Notes under the pieces: generated by a model
The model's database searches: none
Seen by the model: only the letters and a program-made list of their open reading frames with translations
Told to the model about the DNA's origin: nothing
Program-made: the position numbers and the translations under genes
Shown: piece after piece, positions 41,474-51,048 of the stretch
Position numbering within the stretch: position 1 is the first letter of the stretch
How the letters are laid out: every line of letters begins with the position of its first letter
Assembly: GCA_965217185.1 (NCBI GenBank)
Contig: OZ244252.1
Coordinates: 1,792,001-1,856,000, forward strand
Direction of reading: 5' to 3'
DNA length: 64,000 bases
Source of the DNA: an uncultured Candidatus Entotheonella sp.
Lineage (GTDB): Bacteria; Tectomicrobia; Entotheonellia; Entotheonellales; Entotheonellaceae

Positions 41474-42034
41474 TCAGCGGCTTTCGACCCCGGCCGCCAA
41501 GAGACGTTCAATGATCCGGTGCGCCTGCGGCCCGGTCCAGTCGCGGTAACCCATGCCGCCCGCCACCACGTGACCGCGGCGGTCAATCAGGAAATTCGTC
41601 GGCGTGGCCTGAATGCCAAACGCCTCCTCGGCCCTCGCCTCCGGGTCCATGACGTGCGGGAAACTGAGGCTGTGCTTGGCGATGTAAGCCCTCACCTGCT
41701 CCGCTGTTTCCCCCATGTTCACCGCCACAATCGCCAATCCATCCCCTTTGTATCTTTCGTACAGCGCCTCAAGTGCGGCGCGCTCCCGTTCGCAATAATG
41801 GCACCAAGTGGTCCAGAAATTAAGGATGATCACATGGTCGCGGAAGGCCAGCAGAGACACCGGCTTGCCGTCCACGTCCGGCAAGCTGACGTCCGGCAAA
41901 GCGATGGATTCGGGGAAGAGGAAGAGGTTCAGAGCTTCGTAGTCCGACGCGTCATCGGCAGTGGCGCGGTGCGGAGTTGCGACGCCGAGGCCGAGCAGTA
42001 CAGCGATCAACGCGGTAACGATCCAACGTTTCAT
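41474..42034 (-). CDS. TlpA/ResA-like thioredoxin
   Basis: Signal peptide; LNFWTTWCHYC. Confidence 0.9.
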   Translation of the reverse strand: MKRWIVTALIAVLLGLGVATPHRATADDASDYEALNLFLFPESIALPDVSLPDVDGKPVSLLAFRDHVIILNFWTTWCHYCERERAALEALYERYKGDGLAIVAVNMGETAEQVRAYIAKHSLSFPHVMDPEARAEEAFGIQATPTNFLIDRRGHVVAGGMGYRDWTGPQAHRIIERLLAAGVESR

Positions 42035-42121
42035 GGTGTTGTGTTCCATTTCCGTGAGCAACAGCATCTCGACACGCTGTCAGAGTTAGTCGGGTTGTTT
42101 TTCCTGGTCCAACATGAAAAC

Positions 42122-42589
42122 TCAGGAATGCAGGGCTACATTCCTTTCACCCCACTCCTTGGCCTGCACGCCAACCACCAACTGCTGACCTAAAGCCGCC
42201 AGGGCCGCTTCCAAACGTGACAGTTTGGACGCATGGCGCGGGTCCAGTAGCCGTCGCATTTCTTTTTCATCGCAGCACAGATACGCGGCGATTTCGACCG
42301 GCGTCATACCTGTCTGCCGGATAGCCAGATACAGAGCCGCCTTCGCCGCAGTTTGTGCGGGCAATGGGATCGGATAATGGTCCAGCCTTCCCGGTGACGC
42401 TTCGGGAAGACACGTCTGGCGCCGGATACGACCCGCGATGGCCTCCTCCAGGCAGTCAGCCGCCTGCTGCAAGGCGTCGGGCACGTCTCCACCTTGGGTG
42501 ATGGCTTCCGGCACGTCAGGAAAGGTGACCACAAATCCGCCATCTTGCTCGTCTGGCGTGAGCAAGGCGGGATAAACAAAGTGGCGCAT
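42122..42589 (-). CDS. hicB: HicB family antitoxin with C-terminal HTH
   Basis: GGFVVTFPDVPEAITQG, RRLLDPRHASK. Confidence 0.9.
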   Translation of the reverse strand: MRHFVYPALLTPDEQDGGFVVTFPDVPEAITQGGDVPDALQQAADCLEEAIAGRIRRQTCLPEASPGRLDHYPIPLPAQTAAKAALYLAIRQTGMTPVEIAAYLCCDEKEMRRLLDPRHASKLSRLEAALAALGQQLVVGVQAKEWGERNVALHS

Positions 42590-42601
42590 GGGTCGTGCCT
42601 C

Positions 42602-42802
42602 CTACAGGTCGGCATGCGTCAAGCCGATGCCGTGCAAGGTCCCAGTCTTCAATTTATCCCTTGGATTCCGAACAATCGTCAGTCGGTCACCGAAGTACAG
42701 TGTCCCATGACTTCCCTTACCACGCTCAGGCACGAACTCAACCTTGCGACCTCGTTGCCGTCCAAGTCTCCTGATTCTACGAATGAACTCGTTGCCTGTC
42801 AT
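42602..42802 (-). CDS. hicA: HicA family toxin
   Basis: ATG 42802; RGKGSHG motif; directly upstream of hicB. Confidence 0.82.
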   Translation of the reverse strand: MTGNEFIRRIRRLGRQRGRKVEFVPERGKGSHGTLYFGDRLTIVRNPRDKLKTGTLHGIGLTHADL

Positions 42803-42941
42803 GGAGAGCAATATCAGGCACACATGCCTGACAAGGCTAGGCATGTGTCGCTGTCGGAAGGCTGAAGCGAGAACCGAGCGCACGCTGTAGGCTCCATGCC
42901 CTTGTCAGACCACAACCTATTCTCATCAGCAGAAAGTTCTT

Positions 42942-44660
42942 TCATCGGAGTGCGTTGCGTCGCGCTTCTGTGATCTTGAGTGCGTTCCATGTCTCCTCTA
43001 GTGTTGGCATCAAACGTTCCCGGGCCGCGTTGATCTCTTGGCTGAGCTGCCGTAGCTGGTCACGTCCTTGTCGCAACGTCGAGAGTAGCTTCTGTATTCG
43101 TGCTTCAAGCTCTCGGTCCATGGCGTCGACATCGCGCCGATAACCCGGATCGCTTGGATTGAACCGGAAGTTTCGTTCGTGTCTTTGTCGCCGTCGCATC
43201 AACTCAGAGATTTCCGCGTGTGCATCTTCCAAAGACTTTCGCTTCTTGTTGAAGGCATTCCGCGCTGCCTCACGCTCCCAGCGAGCCAAAGCGCCTTCCC
43301 ATTCTGCTTCCGCTGCCTGATATGCTCCATTGGCTGCGCTCTTCTTCTTAGGCGAGACCCATGGCCATATAACGCCAGCAAGACTACAGAAAGCCAAAGC
43401 CGCGATGGCGATTCCTCCGTCCTTGGTGGGCACGATATACGCTGCGAATCCCGCAAACACAAGCCCGATACTGATACTGAAAATCTTACGGAAAATCTTC
43501 AGTCTGCGGCTTGGCACCTCTATCCCGGGCGGTGGATGCCAGGGCCGTTCGGAAGGAAGCGCTGGATCCGCGCCCGGGTCCGAAACAGCCGAGATTTCGC
43601 TCCGAAGCCTGGCAAGGTCGATGGCTCTGATCGCGCGCCCTGCCACAATTCGTTGCCCGAACAGGCGCGTGCCTGTCTGTATTTCAACCATGCACCACGG
43701 GCACGCTGACAAGTCTCTCGGATAGTAATGCGAACTCGCCAGCGAGCAGACCTGGAGGCTGATCTTCAGCTTCTCAAGCGCCTCAACCCAGGTCTTCGCA
43801 TCCGGCCGTGCGCCGTTGCTGCCAGCGCGCCCGAAGGCCCGGATGAAAAGCTGCGCGATAGCGCTGCCCATCGTCTCCAAAGGAACCGTGCGCGGTGGAC
43901 GCGCCATACCGTTTGCAGCACCATCCGGGCCGTAGGCGAAGCGGTATTCGCCGATTGCTTTCTCAGGCGGCATATCGCCAGAGGCAGAATGGCGGCCTGC
44001 AAACGGATGCCGGCCCATGTAGAGAAGATGAAACAGAAGGACAGCGAGACCGAACCGATCATGATTAGCGGTTCGCTCAAGCCCGCGGAACGCGAGCCCC
44101 TGAAGCTCCGGCGCTGTGAATGGTGGCACACCAACATCGCAGGTATAGACATTCGGACGGTGCCCAATCTGGAACGAGTCGCAGTCGATGAGCTTCACGG
44201 TCCCGTCTCGTCTGACGAGTACGTTGCCATGATTCACGTCTCCCACGACTACGCCCTGCTCATGAACGACTGCGAAGGCTCGGGCGATCTTGGCTGCAAC
44301 GCGAACCAGGAATCGGAAATCTGCCGCCGGAAAAGCTTCTGAGCGGCTTTTGGGAGTGTAAAGCTCGTGAACGTACCAGTGCGCGTCCACCCGCGGCATG
44401 ATGAAGCCGCGCGGCGTTCCCTTGCTGTCGATCAAAACATCAAGGGGCCAAGCGGCAATGTTCAGCAGCGATGGTCTCGCTGCCAACGCCATAACAAGAA
44501 GTTTCCAAGCTTTTCTATAATCGAGCGGCGATGAATAGATTTTAGCAACTCGGTCCTTCTGCCCCTCAATCGGAAACACCCTCCCTTCCCCGCCCCGGCC
44601 AAGTTCCTCCTGACCAAGACAAATGCTGGTGCGCGTGAGTATCAGATTGAGTTGCGGCAT
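42942..44660 (-). CDS. Ser/Thr protein kinase, YegI-like (TerY-P triad)
   Basis: LGRGGEG, VAKIY, GDVNHGN, LIDCDS, FTAPELQ, GRHPF, Cys/His cluster, two TM helices, coiled coil. Confidence 0.92.
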   Translation of the reverse strand: MPQLNLILTRTSICLGQEELGRGGEGRVFPIEGQKDRVAKIYSSPLDYRKAWKLLVMALAARPSLLNIAAWPLDVLIDSKGTPRGFIMPRVDAHWYVHELYTPKSRSEAFPAADFRFLVRVAAKIARAFAVVHEQGVVVGDVNHGNVLVRRDGTVKLIDCDSFQIGHRPNVYTCDVGVPPFTAPELQGLAFRGLERTANHDRFGLAVLLFHLLYMGRHPFAGRHSASGDMPPEKAIGEYRFAYGPDGAANGMARPPRTVPLETMGSAIAQLFIRAFGRAGSNGARPDAKTWVEALEKLKISLQVCSLASSHYYPRDLSACPWCMVEIQTGTRLFGQRIVAGRAIRAIDLARLRSEISAVSDPGADPALPSERPWHPPPGIEVPSRRLKIFRKIFSISIGLVFAGFAAYIVPTKDGGIAIAALAFCSLAGVIWPWVSPKKKSAANGAYQAAEAEWEGALARWEREAARNAFNKKRKSLEDAHAEISELMRRRQRHERNFRFNPSDPGYRRDVDAMDRELEARIQKLLSTLRQGRDQLRQLSQEINAARERLMPTLEETWNALKITEARRNALR

Positions 44661-45511
44661 TCTTGATGGCCTTGCTGCCGACAGGACGCCAGAATGAGCG
44701 ACACATCGTCGTCCGTCCGCAAGCCAACCCGCTCGGATGAGAGGAAGCGCTTCAGCGATGCCGATAGATGCTTGATCTCCCTGTTCTCATATACGTCGGC
44801 CTCATCTGCGTCCACAAGCGGTCGGAACATGCCGTGGAAGAACGGCTCATGAACCGACGTACTGGCGTAGTGCAGGGCGAGCGACTCAAGGCCATCCGTC
44901 ATCAGCGCGACATCCGTAACCTTGCCTAAACGGGGAGCGATCCGAAGGCGTTCCAGCGCATCCGCATCGGTCAGGAAGTGTGTCGTGTTGGCGTACTCAC
45001 CGCGTTGCGGCCAGAATATCCAGCGGAACTTTTTTGTGTCCCGCTTCGGGTTCGGGACTTGGTTGGCGTACCCACCGCGCTGTGGCCAGAATACCCAGCC
45101 CCACCCGTTCCCCCCATCACTGACCACGATCACACCATCGCCAACCTGTAGCGCGCTCCCGCCGTCTGGTCCCACTACCGTGACGAGGAGAGTCGACGCA
45201 AGATCACGCGGCTCTGCTCCACAGCGCCGGGCTTCGGCAAGGACCGTCTCACGAGCTTCCACCGCAGCCTCTCGCAACATCGCGTCATAATCCAACCGGC
45301 CGTCGTCAAGTTGGCAAGACAAGAAGTCGACGACCGTCTTAACCGCGATGTCTGCTCCACGTTCCGCCCATGCTGCCGACCCAGCTCCATCCGCAACGGC
45401 AGCCACCAGCGTCTGATTCCCCGCCACTCTGCAGTAAAATTGATCCTGGCAAGGGAGGCCGGCCTTGGTGTGGGACGTACCCGTCACGCGAGCAGTCACA
45501 AATCGCCACAT
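44642..45511 (-). CDS. PP2C-family phosphatase, YegK/PphC-like
   Basis: GTSH...PCQD, AVADGAGSA, QVGDG, MTDG, TDDD. Confidence 0.92.
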   Translation of the reverse strand: MWRFVTARVTGTSHTKAGLPCQDQFYCRVAGNQTLVAAVADGAGSAAWAERGADIAVKTVVDFLSCQLDDGRLDYDAMLREAAVEARETVLAEARRCGAEPRDLASTLLVTVVGPDGGSALQVGDGVIVVSDGGNGWGWVFWPQRGGYANQVPNPKRDTKKFRWIFWPQRGEYANTTHFLTDADALERLRIAPRLGKVTDVALMTDGLESLALHYASTSVHEPFFHGMFRPLVDADEADVYENREIKHLSASLKRFLSSERVGLRTDDDVSLILASCRQQGHQECRNSI

Positions 45512-45518
45512 ACTCGGC

Positions 45519-46196
45519 TCAATCCACGAGGGCCCAACCGTCCGGTGCGGTTGGGTTAACGAGCGGAACCGCTTCACCGGGTTGCGAGCGCGATACGCTA
45601 CTCAGTGAATTCGAAAGCCAGACAAATAGCTCTCTGAAGGAAAGCCCGCGTAACTTCAGAGGCTGGCGCACCGAGATTTGGGCCAGACAACTCATGTCTG
45701 CCTCCATGACACCGACCGCGTAAAACGCGAAGGACTTTGAGTCCTCCCCGTCTCGAATCGCCGCGATGGCGAGACTTACATCGTCCGTTGGGGCGCCATC
45801 GGTGATCAAGAACACCCAAGGGCGGTAGTAGCCGATACCATTGGCCCTGCATGTCGCCTTACGCTCTTCGACGAGTTCAATCGCCCTCTCGATTGCTGAT
45901 CCCATTGGCGTGTCCACATCTGCATCAAGTTTAGGCGCCCGGAACTCATCCGCCGTGACAAAATGCTGGATCGTCTGCACCGGACCAAAGGTGACAATCG
46001 CCACCTCGACCCGCTTGGCGGCCATGGCATCTGAGTGAAGCTCCTCGGAGAAGCGCTCAAGACCCCGGTTCAACTCGGCGATTTTCTCTCCGCTCATCGA
46101 ATAGGACGTGTCCAGGAGCAAGACGCAGGGGCATCGAGGCTCAGGATTATCGGCAAATTCGACGCCCTCGAAGGGGATTTGCTCTAAATCAGGCAC
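45519..46196 (-). CDS. terY: vWA-domain protein TerY (YegL-like)
   Basis: [35 protein letters not shown] 46196 after GGAGG. Confidence 0.9.
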   Translation of the reverse strand: MPDLEQIPFEGVEFADNPEPRCPCVLLLDTSYSMSGEKIAELNRGLERFSEELHSDAMAAKRVEVAIVTFGPVQTIQHFVTADEFRAPKLDADVDTPMGSAIERAIELVEERKATCRANGIGYYRPWVFLITDGAPTDDVSLAIAAIRDGEDSKSFAFYAVGVMEADMSCLAQISVRQPLKLRGLSFRELFVWLSNSLSSVSRSQPGEAVPLVNPTAPDGWALVD

Positions 46197-46270
46197 AATT
46201 TTGGTACCTCCCACATGTTCGGGCTTGAAAGTCAAACAAGAGAACCTTGTACCTCAAAGTAAAGAGAAGG

Positions 46271-48505
46271 CTACCACTCGGGCCGAAATCGCCGCAGGCG
46301 CAGCGAGTTGCACACTACGGACACCGAGCTCAGCGCCATGGCGGCGGCGGCGAGGGCCGGATTGAGCGACACGCCGAACAGGGGGTACAGAACCCCGGCG
46401 GCTACGGGGATGCCCAGCAGGTTGTAGATGAAGGCCCAGAAGAGATTCTGCCGGATGGTGCGCATGGTGCGGCGGGAAAGCTGCATGGCGGTCGCAACGC
46501 CGCGCACGTCGCCGGTGATCAGCGTGACGTCAGCCGCCGCCAGGGCGACGTCGGTGCCGCTGCCGATGGCGATGCCCACGTCGGCCTGCGCCAGGGCCGG
46601 TGCATCGTTGATGCCGTCGCCCACCATCGCGACGCGCTTGCCTTGCGCCTGCAATTGTTTCACTTGCGCGGCTTTCTGGTCGGGCATGACCTCGGCCAGG
46701 ACGGTGTCAATGCCCAGTTGCCGCGCCACGGCCTGGGCGCTGCGGTGATGGTCACCGGTGAGCATGAGCACTTCGAGGCCGAGCTGATGCAGGGCGGCAA
46801 CGGCTTCTCGGGCGTGCGGCTTGAGGGTGTCGGCCACGGCAATAACCCCAGCGGCGCGGCGGTCCAGGGCGACGAAAACCGGTGTTTTGCCATCGCCGGC
46901 CAAGCGCTCTGCGATTTCGTCGAGTTTGCCCAGCGGGATGTTGGTGTGCTGCATGAGGGCATGGTTGCCAATCAGCACCGATTGAGCACCGACCACCGCC
47001 GACATTCCCTGGCCTGGCAGAGCTTCAGCGTCGCGCGCGGCTTCGAGCACCAAGCCCTCGGCCCGCGCGGCTTCGACAATGGCTTGGGCCACCGGGTGCT
47101 CGGACGCCTGCTCCGTGGAGGCAGCCAGGCGCAGGACCTCGGATTCGGTGAAGCCGTTGTGGGTGACGATGTCGGTAACGCTCGGCTGGCCCTGCGTAAG
47201 GGTGCCGGTTTTGTCCAGAACGACGGCCTGGAGCTTGTGGGCGGTTTCCAAGGCGGGACTGCTCTTGAACAGGATGCCGTGCTCGGCGCCCTTGCCGGTG
47301 CCGACCCGGATGGCCGTGGGAGTGGCCAACCCCAACGCGCAGGGGCAGGCGATAATCAGCACGGCGACAAAGTTGAGCAACGCGAAAGCAATAGCTGGGG
47401 CCGGACCCCACAGCAGCCAAGCGGCGAAGGTGAGCAGGGCAGCGCCGAGCACCGCGGGTACGAAAATGCGGGCGACTTGGTCGGCCAGCCGCTGGATGGG
47501 CGCCTTGGAGCCCTGCGCCTCTTCGACCAGCCGGACGATCTGGGCCAGCACGGTGTCGCGCCCAACCCGCGTGGCGCGCATGGTAAAGCTGCCGGTCTTG
47601 TTGAGCGTGGCGCCGAAGACAGAATCGCCGGCGCTCTTGTCCAGCGGCAGGCTCTCGCCGGTGAGCATCGACTCGTCGAGCGTCGGGCGGCCCTCGGTGA
47701 TGTCGCCGTCGACCGGCACCTTTTCGCCCGGCCGCACCAGCACGAGATCGCCGATCGTCACGTCCGTTACCGGAATGTCCACGGTCTCGCCGCCACGCCA
47801 CACGCGGGCCGTCCTGGCCTGCAGGCCCATGAGCTTGCGGATGGCCTCGGAGGTCTGACCGCGCGCCCGTGCTTCCAGCAGGCGGCCCAGGATGATCAGG
47901 GTGAGAATCATGACGGCGGTGTCGAAGTAGACATGCGTGCCGACACCGAGACGGCTGAAGGTTTGCGGCAGGAAGGTGACCGCGGCGCTGTACAGATAGG
48001 CCGCCGAGGTGCCGAGGGCGATGAGGGTGCTCATGTCGGCGCTCTTCTGCTTCAGCGCCGCCCAGGTGCCTTGGTAGAACGACCAGCCGACCCAGAATTG
48101 CACCGGCGTGGTGAGGGCGAGGAGCACGTACGGTTGCCGCAGCCAGTCGGGCGTCCAGGGAAACAGGGCAGGCATGGAGCCGAGCATGACGGGCAGACTG
48201 AGCGCCAGGCTGACGGCGAGTTTACGGCTGAGGTCGCGGATTTCCGCCGTCCGCGCCAGACGCTCGGGGTCGATGGGGTCATCAGGGTCGACGTCGGGAA
48301 CGGTATAGCCGACGTCCTCGATCTTGCGGCTGATGGCGGGGCGGTCCAGCGCCAGAGGGTCGAAATGCACGGTCGCTTTTTCGGTAGCGAAATTGACCTG
48401 CGCCTGCTGCACGCCGGCGAGGTCCTGCAGGGACTTTTCGATGCGTCCGGCGCAGCCGGCGCAGTGCATGCCGTTGATGGGCAGATCAAGGCGTTGTGTC
48501 GCCAT
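46271..48505 (-). CDS. copA: Cu(I)-translocating P1B-type ATPase
   Basis: GMHCAGC, TGES, CPC, DKTGT, SEHP, GDGIND, YN and MALSS. Confidence 0.95.
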   Translation of the reverse strand: MATQRLDLPINGMHCAGCAGRIEKSLQDLAGVQQAQVNFATEKATVHFDPLALDRPAISRKIEDVGYTVPDVDPDDPIDPERLARTAEIRDLSRKLAVSLALSLPVMLGSMPALFPWTPDWLRQPYVLLALTTPVQFWVGWSFYQGTWAALKQKSADMSTLIALGTSAAYLYSAAVTFLPQTFSRLGVGTHVYFDTAVMILTLIILGRLLEARARGQTSEAIRKLMGLQARTARVWRGGETVDIPVTDVTIGDLVLVRPGEKVPVDGDITEGRPTLDESMLTGESLPLDKSAGDSVFGATLNKTGSFTMRATRVGRDTVLAQIVRLVEEAQGSKAPIQRLADQVARIFVPAVLGAALLTFAAWLLWGPAPAIAFALLNFVAVLIIACPCALGLATPTAIRVGTGKGAEHGILFKSSPALETAHKLQAVVLDKTGTLTQGQPSVTDIVTHNGFTESEVLRLAASTEQASEHPVAQAIVEAARAEGLVLEAARDAEALPGQGMSAVVGAQSVLIGNHALMQHTNIPLGKLDEIAERLAGDGKTPVFVALDRRAAGVIAVADTLKPHAREAVAALHQLGLEVLMLTGDHHRSAQAVARQLGIDTVLAEVMPDQKAAQVKQLQAQGKRVAMVGDGINDAPALAQADVGIAIGSGTDVALAAADVTLITGDVRGVATAMQLSRRTMRTIRQNLFWAFIYNLLGIPVAAGVLYPLFGVSLNPALAAAAMALSSVSVVCNSLRLRRFRPEW

Positions 48506-48553
48506 GCCAAAGCCTTTCCGCTCCGGGGCCGAATGGTCCCCGGCGTCTGAAAG

Positions 48554-49447
48554 CTATCCTTCGTACACCTCCTTGAAACGCCGAATGGAATCGATATGTT
48601 CCTGGGCCGTGGTGAGCCCGGCGCCGGTGGTGCCGACGGCAAGATGGGTGGCGCCCACCGCTTTCCAGGCGTTGGCCTCGTCGATCCAGGCTTGCGGACC
48701 GGCTTTGGCGTCCAAGAGAATGCGACCTTCGAGGCCGAGGCTCGCCGGGTCCCGGCCGGCTTCGTCGGCGTAGCGGCGGATGCGGTCGATGACCTCGCGG
48801 CCTTCATCGCTCAGCGGAAACAGCGGGAACCAGCCGTCGGCGAGCCGCGCGATGCGGCGCATGGCCACGTCGAGAGGCATCGGACGCCCCGGCGCGCCGG
48901 CACCGATCCAGATAGGAATGGGGCGCTGAACCGGTAGCGGCTTGATGCCGGCGTGGTCGATCCGGTGCCACTGGCCCTGGTAGTCGACGACCTCCTGCGT
49001 CCACAGCAGGCGCAGCACCTCGATCTGCTCCTCGCTGCGCTTGCCGCGTGAGCGCCAGTCCTCATTCAGCGCCTCGAACTCCACCGGATTCCAGCCGACG
49101 CCGATGCCCAGCCTTACCCGTCCGCCGCTGAGCACGTCCACCTGCGCCGCCTGCTTGGCCACCAACGCCGTCTGCCGCTGCGGCAGGATGATGATGCCGG
49201 TGGTCAGCTCCAGGTTGGTGGTTATCGCGGCCAGATACGCCATCAGCGTGAACGGCTCGTGGATGTAGCTCTCGTGCGTGTAGTAAAACGTCGGCACCTC
49301 CGGGTGGAACTGCGGGTCGGCACCCAGAACGTGGTCCAGAATCCGCAGGTGCGAGTATCCCAGCTCGTCCGCGGTCTGCACAAAATCCCGCGAGGCGGCA
49401 AAATCCGCCCCGATATCGACAGTCGGAAACGCAACCCCAACGCGCAT
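48554..49447 (-). CDS. LLM-class (putative F420-dependent) oxidoreductase
   Basis: DHVLG, HEPF, LPQRQTALVAKQAA, GIGVGWN. Confidence 0.9.
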   Translation of the reverse strand: MRVGVAFPTVDIGADFAASRDFVQTADELGYSHLRILDHVLGADPQFHPEVPTFYYTHESYIHEPFTLMAYLAAITTNLELTTGIIILPQRQTALVAKQAAQVDVLSGGRVRLGIGVGWNPVEFEALNEDWRSRGKRSEEQIEVLRLLWTQEVVDYQGQWHRIDHAGIKPLPVQRPIPIWIGAGAPGRPMPLDVAMRRIARLADGWFPLFPLSDEGREVIDRIRRYADEAGRDPASLGLEGRILLDAKAGPQAWIDEANAWKAVGATHLAVGTTGAGLTTAQEHIDSIRRFKEVYEG

Positions 49448-49550
49448 GTCGCCACCACCTCTCCAAAACGTTTTCACCGTGCCCCAAGGCCGTCACAATG
49501 CCGAGCAGCATACGGCCTTAACCCCCTGTTTTCAACCGAGCGGGAATGCG

Positions 49551-49864
49551 GGTAGTGGCTCAGTTTGAAAAGACTGGCTCACGTGTCCCAGACGGGTTGC
49601 ACGTTCGGTCGTCCGGCGCCGGTTTCCCCCTCACCCCGACCCTCTCCCACCAGGGGAGAGGGGGAGACCCCCCAGTCCGGCTCACCCCGACCCTCTCCCA
49701 TCAGGGGAGAGGGGGGAGACCCCCAGTCCGGCTCACCCCGACCCTCTCCCATCAGGGGAGAGGGGGAGACCCCCAGTCCGGGTCCCCTCCCCCCTCCGTG
49801 GGGGAGGGCTAGGGAGAGGGGGAAGCGTTGGTGTGAGAAGGAAATTTGAAAGTGAGCCACTACC
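49551..49864. mobile_element. MITE copy A (IS1-like GGTAGTG ends) with three 50-51-bp internal palindromic units
   Basis: TIR GGTAGTGGCTCAGTTTGAAA / TTTGAAAGTGAGCCACTACC (18/20); internal CTCACCCCGACCCTCTCCCAYCAGGGGAGAGGG... x3 (49630-49781). Confidence 0.88.
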
Positions 49865-49876
49865 GATGGCTCTTAT

Positions 49877-50072
49877 GTGGCTCAGTTTGAATTTTCTCCC
49901 TCACCCCAACCCTCTCCCAGAGGGAGAGGGAGCATCAATTTCCCAAAGAAGAAGGTCCTCTTGCCCTCTGGAGCGCTTAATCCCCCTCCCTCCGGGAGGG
50001 GCTAGGGGAGGGCTTAGGGAGGAGGCGATGCGCCGGCAGAAGTGAAGGGGCATTTGAAACTGAACCACTACC
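49877..50072. mobile_element. Related MITE with a different interior and truncated left end
   Basis: GTGGCTCAGTTTGAA...TTTGAAACTGAACCACTACC; internal CCCTCACCCCAACCCTCTCCCAGAGGGAGAGGG. Confidence 0.75.
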
Positions 50073-50386
50073 CGGAGGCGGCGCTATTCACAAACACCCT
50101 CTAAGTGACGTTGCGCGGCTGCCCTCCGACCGAGCGGGCGGGAATCCGTGGCCCCCCCCGTTCACGCCGGGGCAGGGTCCACAGACCACAAACAAGTCAT
50201 AAACACAGGCCTCCCGAGAGCGGTCACTCCGGCGCAAGAACGTCACCCCCGGACCCCGTATCAAGTGCGGGGCAGGCCATGCGCCGGAATGACGATTCGA
50301 GGATTGGACGGTCTCTTTCCACAGGCATGGCAACTGGGATATCGGACGAGCTATTTCATCGCAAGGTCACAACTGAACGCCACAAG

Positions 50387-50424
50387 GCTGCGTAACATCA
50401 CTGATGTAAGTGATGTTACGCAGC
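50387..50424. terminator. Perfect 16-bp hairpin, probable terminator
   Basis: GCTGCGTAACATCACT-gatgta-AGTGATGTTACGCAGC followed by TTT. Confidence 0.55.
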
Positions 50425-50529
50425 TTTAGCGGGCGTTTGTGAATAGCGACGCCTTCCTGGGAGCGCGGGCATCTTGCCCGCAGGGTTCCGCTTGGCGGGC
50501 TGGAAGCCCGCGCTCCCAGGCATGGGGAG

Positions 50530-50610
50530 CACTGGCTGCCGCCCGTGCCTGCGGCGCTCGGCACATCGTCACGCGGAACGTCAGGGACTACGAACGCGCT
50601 CCCATCCGTG
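50530..50610 (+). pseudogene. C-terminal remnant of a PIN-domain protein
   Basis: ALAAARACGARHIVTRNVRDYERAPI resembles a PIN C-terminus; no N-terminal part visible. Confidence 0.5.
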
Positions 50611-50899
50611 GCGGCGTACCGGCGGGCCGGGGAAGCCGGTCGACAGGGATTGGTGAGGGATGAGGACGCCGAGACTTATTTTCTGATGTTACGCGGCCTT
50701 GGGGAATTGGCGTGGCGTGCCCCAAAGGGTCATTGCCGCGCAGAGCCTGCCCTTGACTCCGATCGGGGGCGGGAATCCACTGGCTGCCGATGGATGCCGG
50801 GCTTGACGTGCAGGCGGGACCTATGCCTGCGGACGATGGCGTTCTGGGCGGCAACTGTTGGAACAGACGCCTCAAGATGGGTTGACAAGTTGCCAAGAT

Positions 50900-50931
50900 G
50901 TAGGTCGGGTTAGCCGCAGGCGTAACCCGAC
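50900..50931 (+). repeat. GTAG-type REP palindrome
   Basis: GTAGGTCGGGTTAGCCGCAGGCGTAACCCGAC. Confidence 0.75.
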
Positions 50932-51048
50932 GTTGCGACGCGCAGAGCACCTGTGCCGCACCGTCCAACGCCCCAAGCGGTCATTCCGGCGCACGGCCTG
51001 CCCCCGGCTTGAACGGGGGCAGGCATCCGGCGGCACCGGAGCAACGCC

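Noticed and set aside
246..48550. Long antisense ORFs (e.g. 246-1268, 3128-4588, 11603-13177, 35157-37262, 46247-48550)
   Set aside because: Shadow frames of well-supported genes in high-GC DNA; no recognisable motifs.
49630..49781. 50-51-bp repeats as a CRISPR array
   Set aside because: Units are directly tandem with no unique spacers, lie inside a MITE, and no cas genes are present.
50412..50424. GATGTTACGCAGC resembling part of integron attI1
   Set aside because: Only 13 nt, forms one arm of a hairpin; no integrase or attC sites seen.
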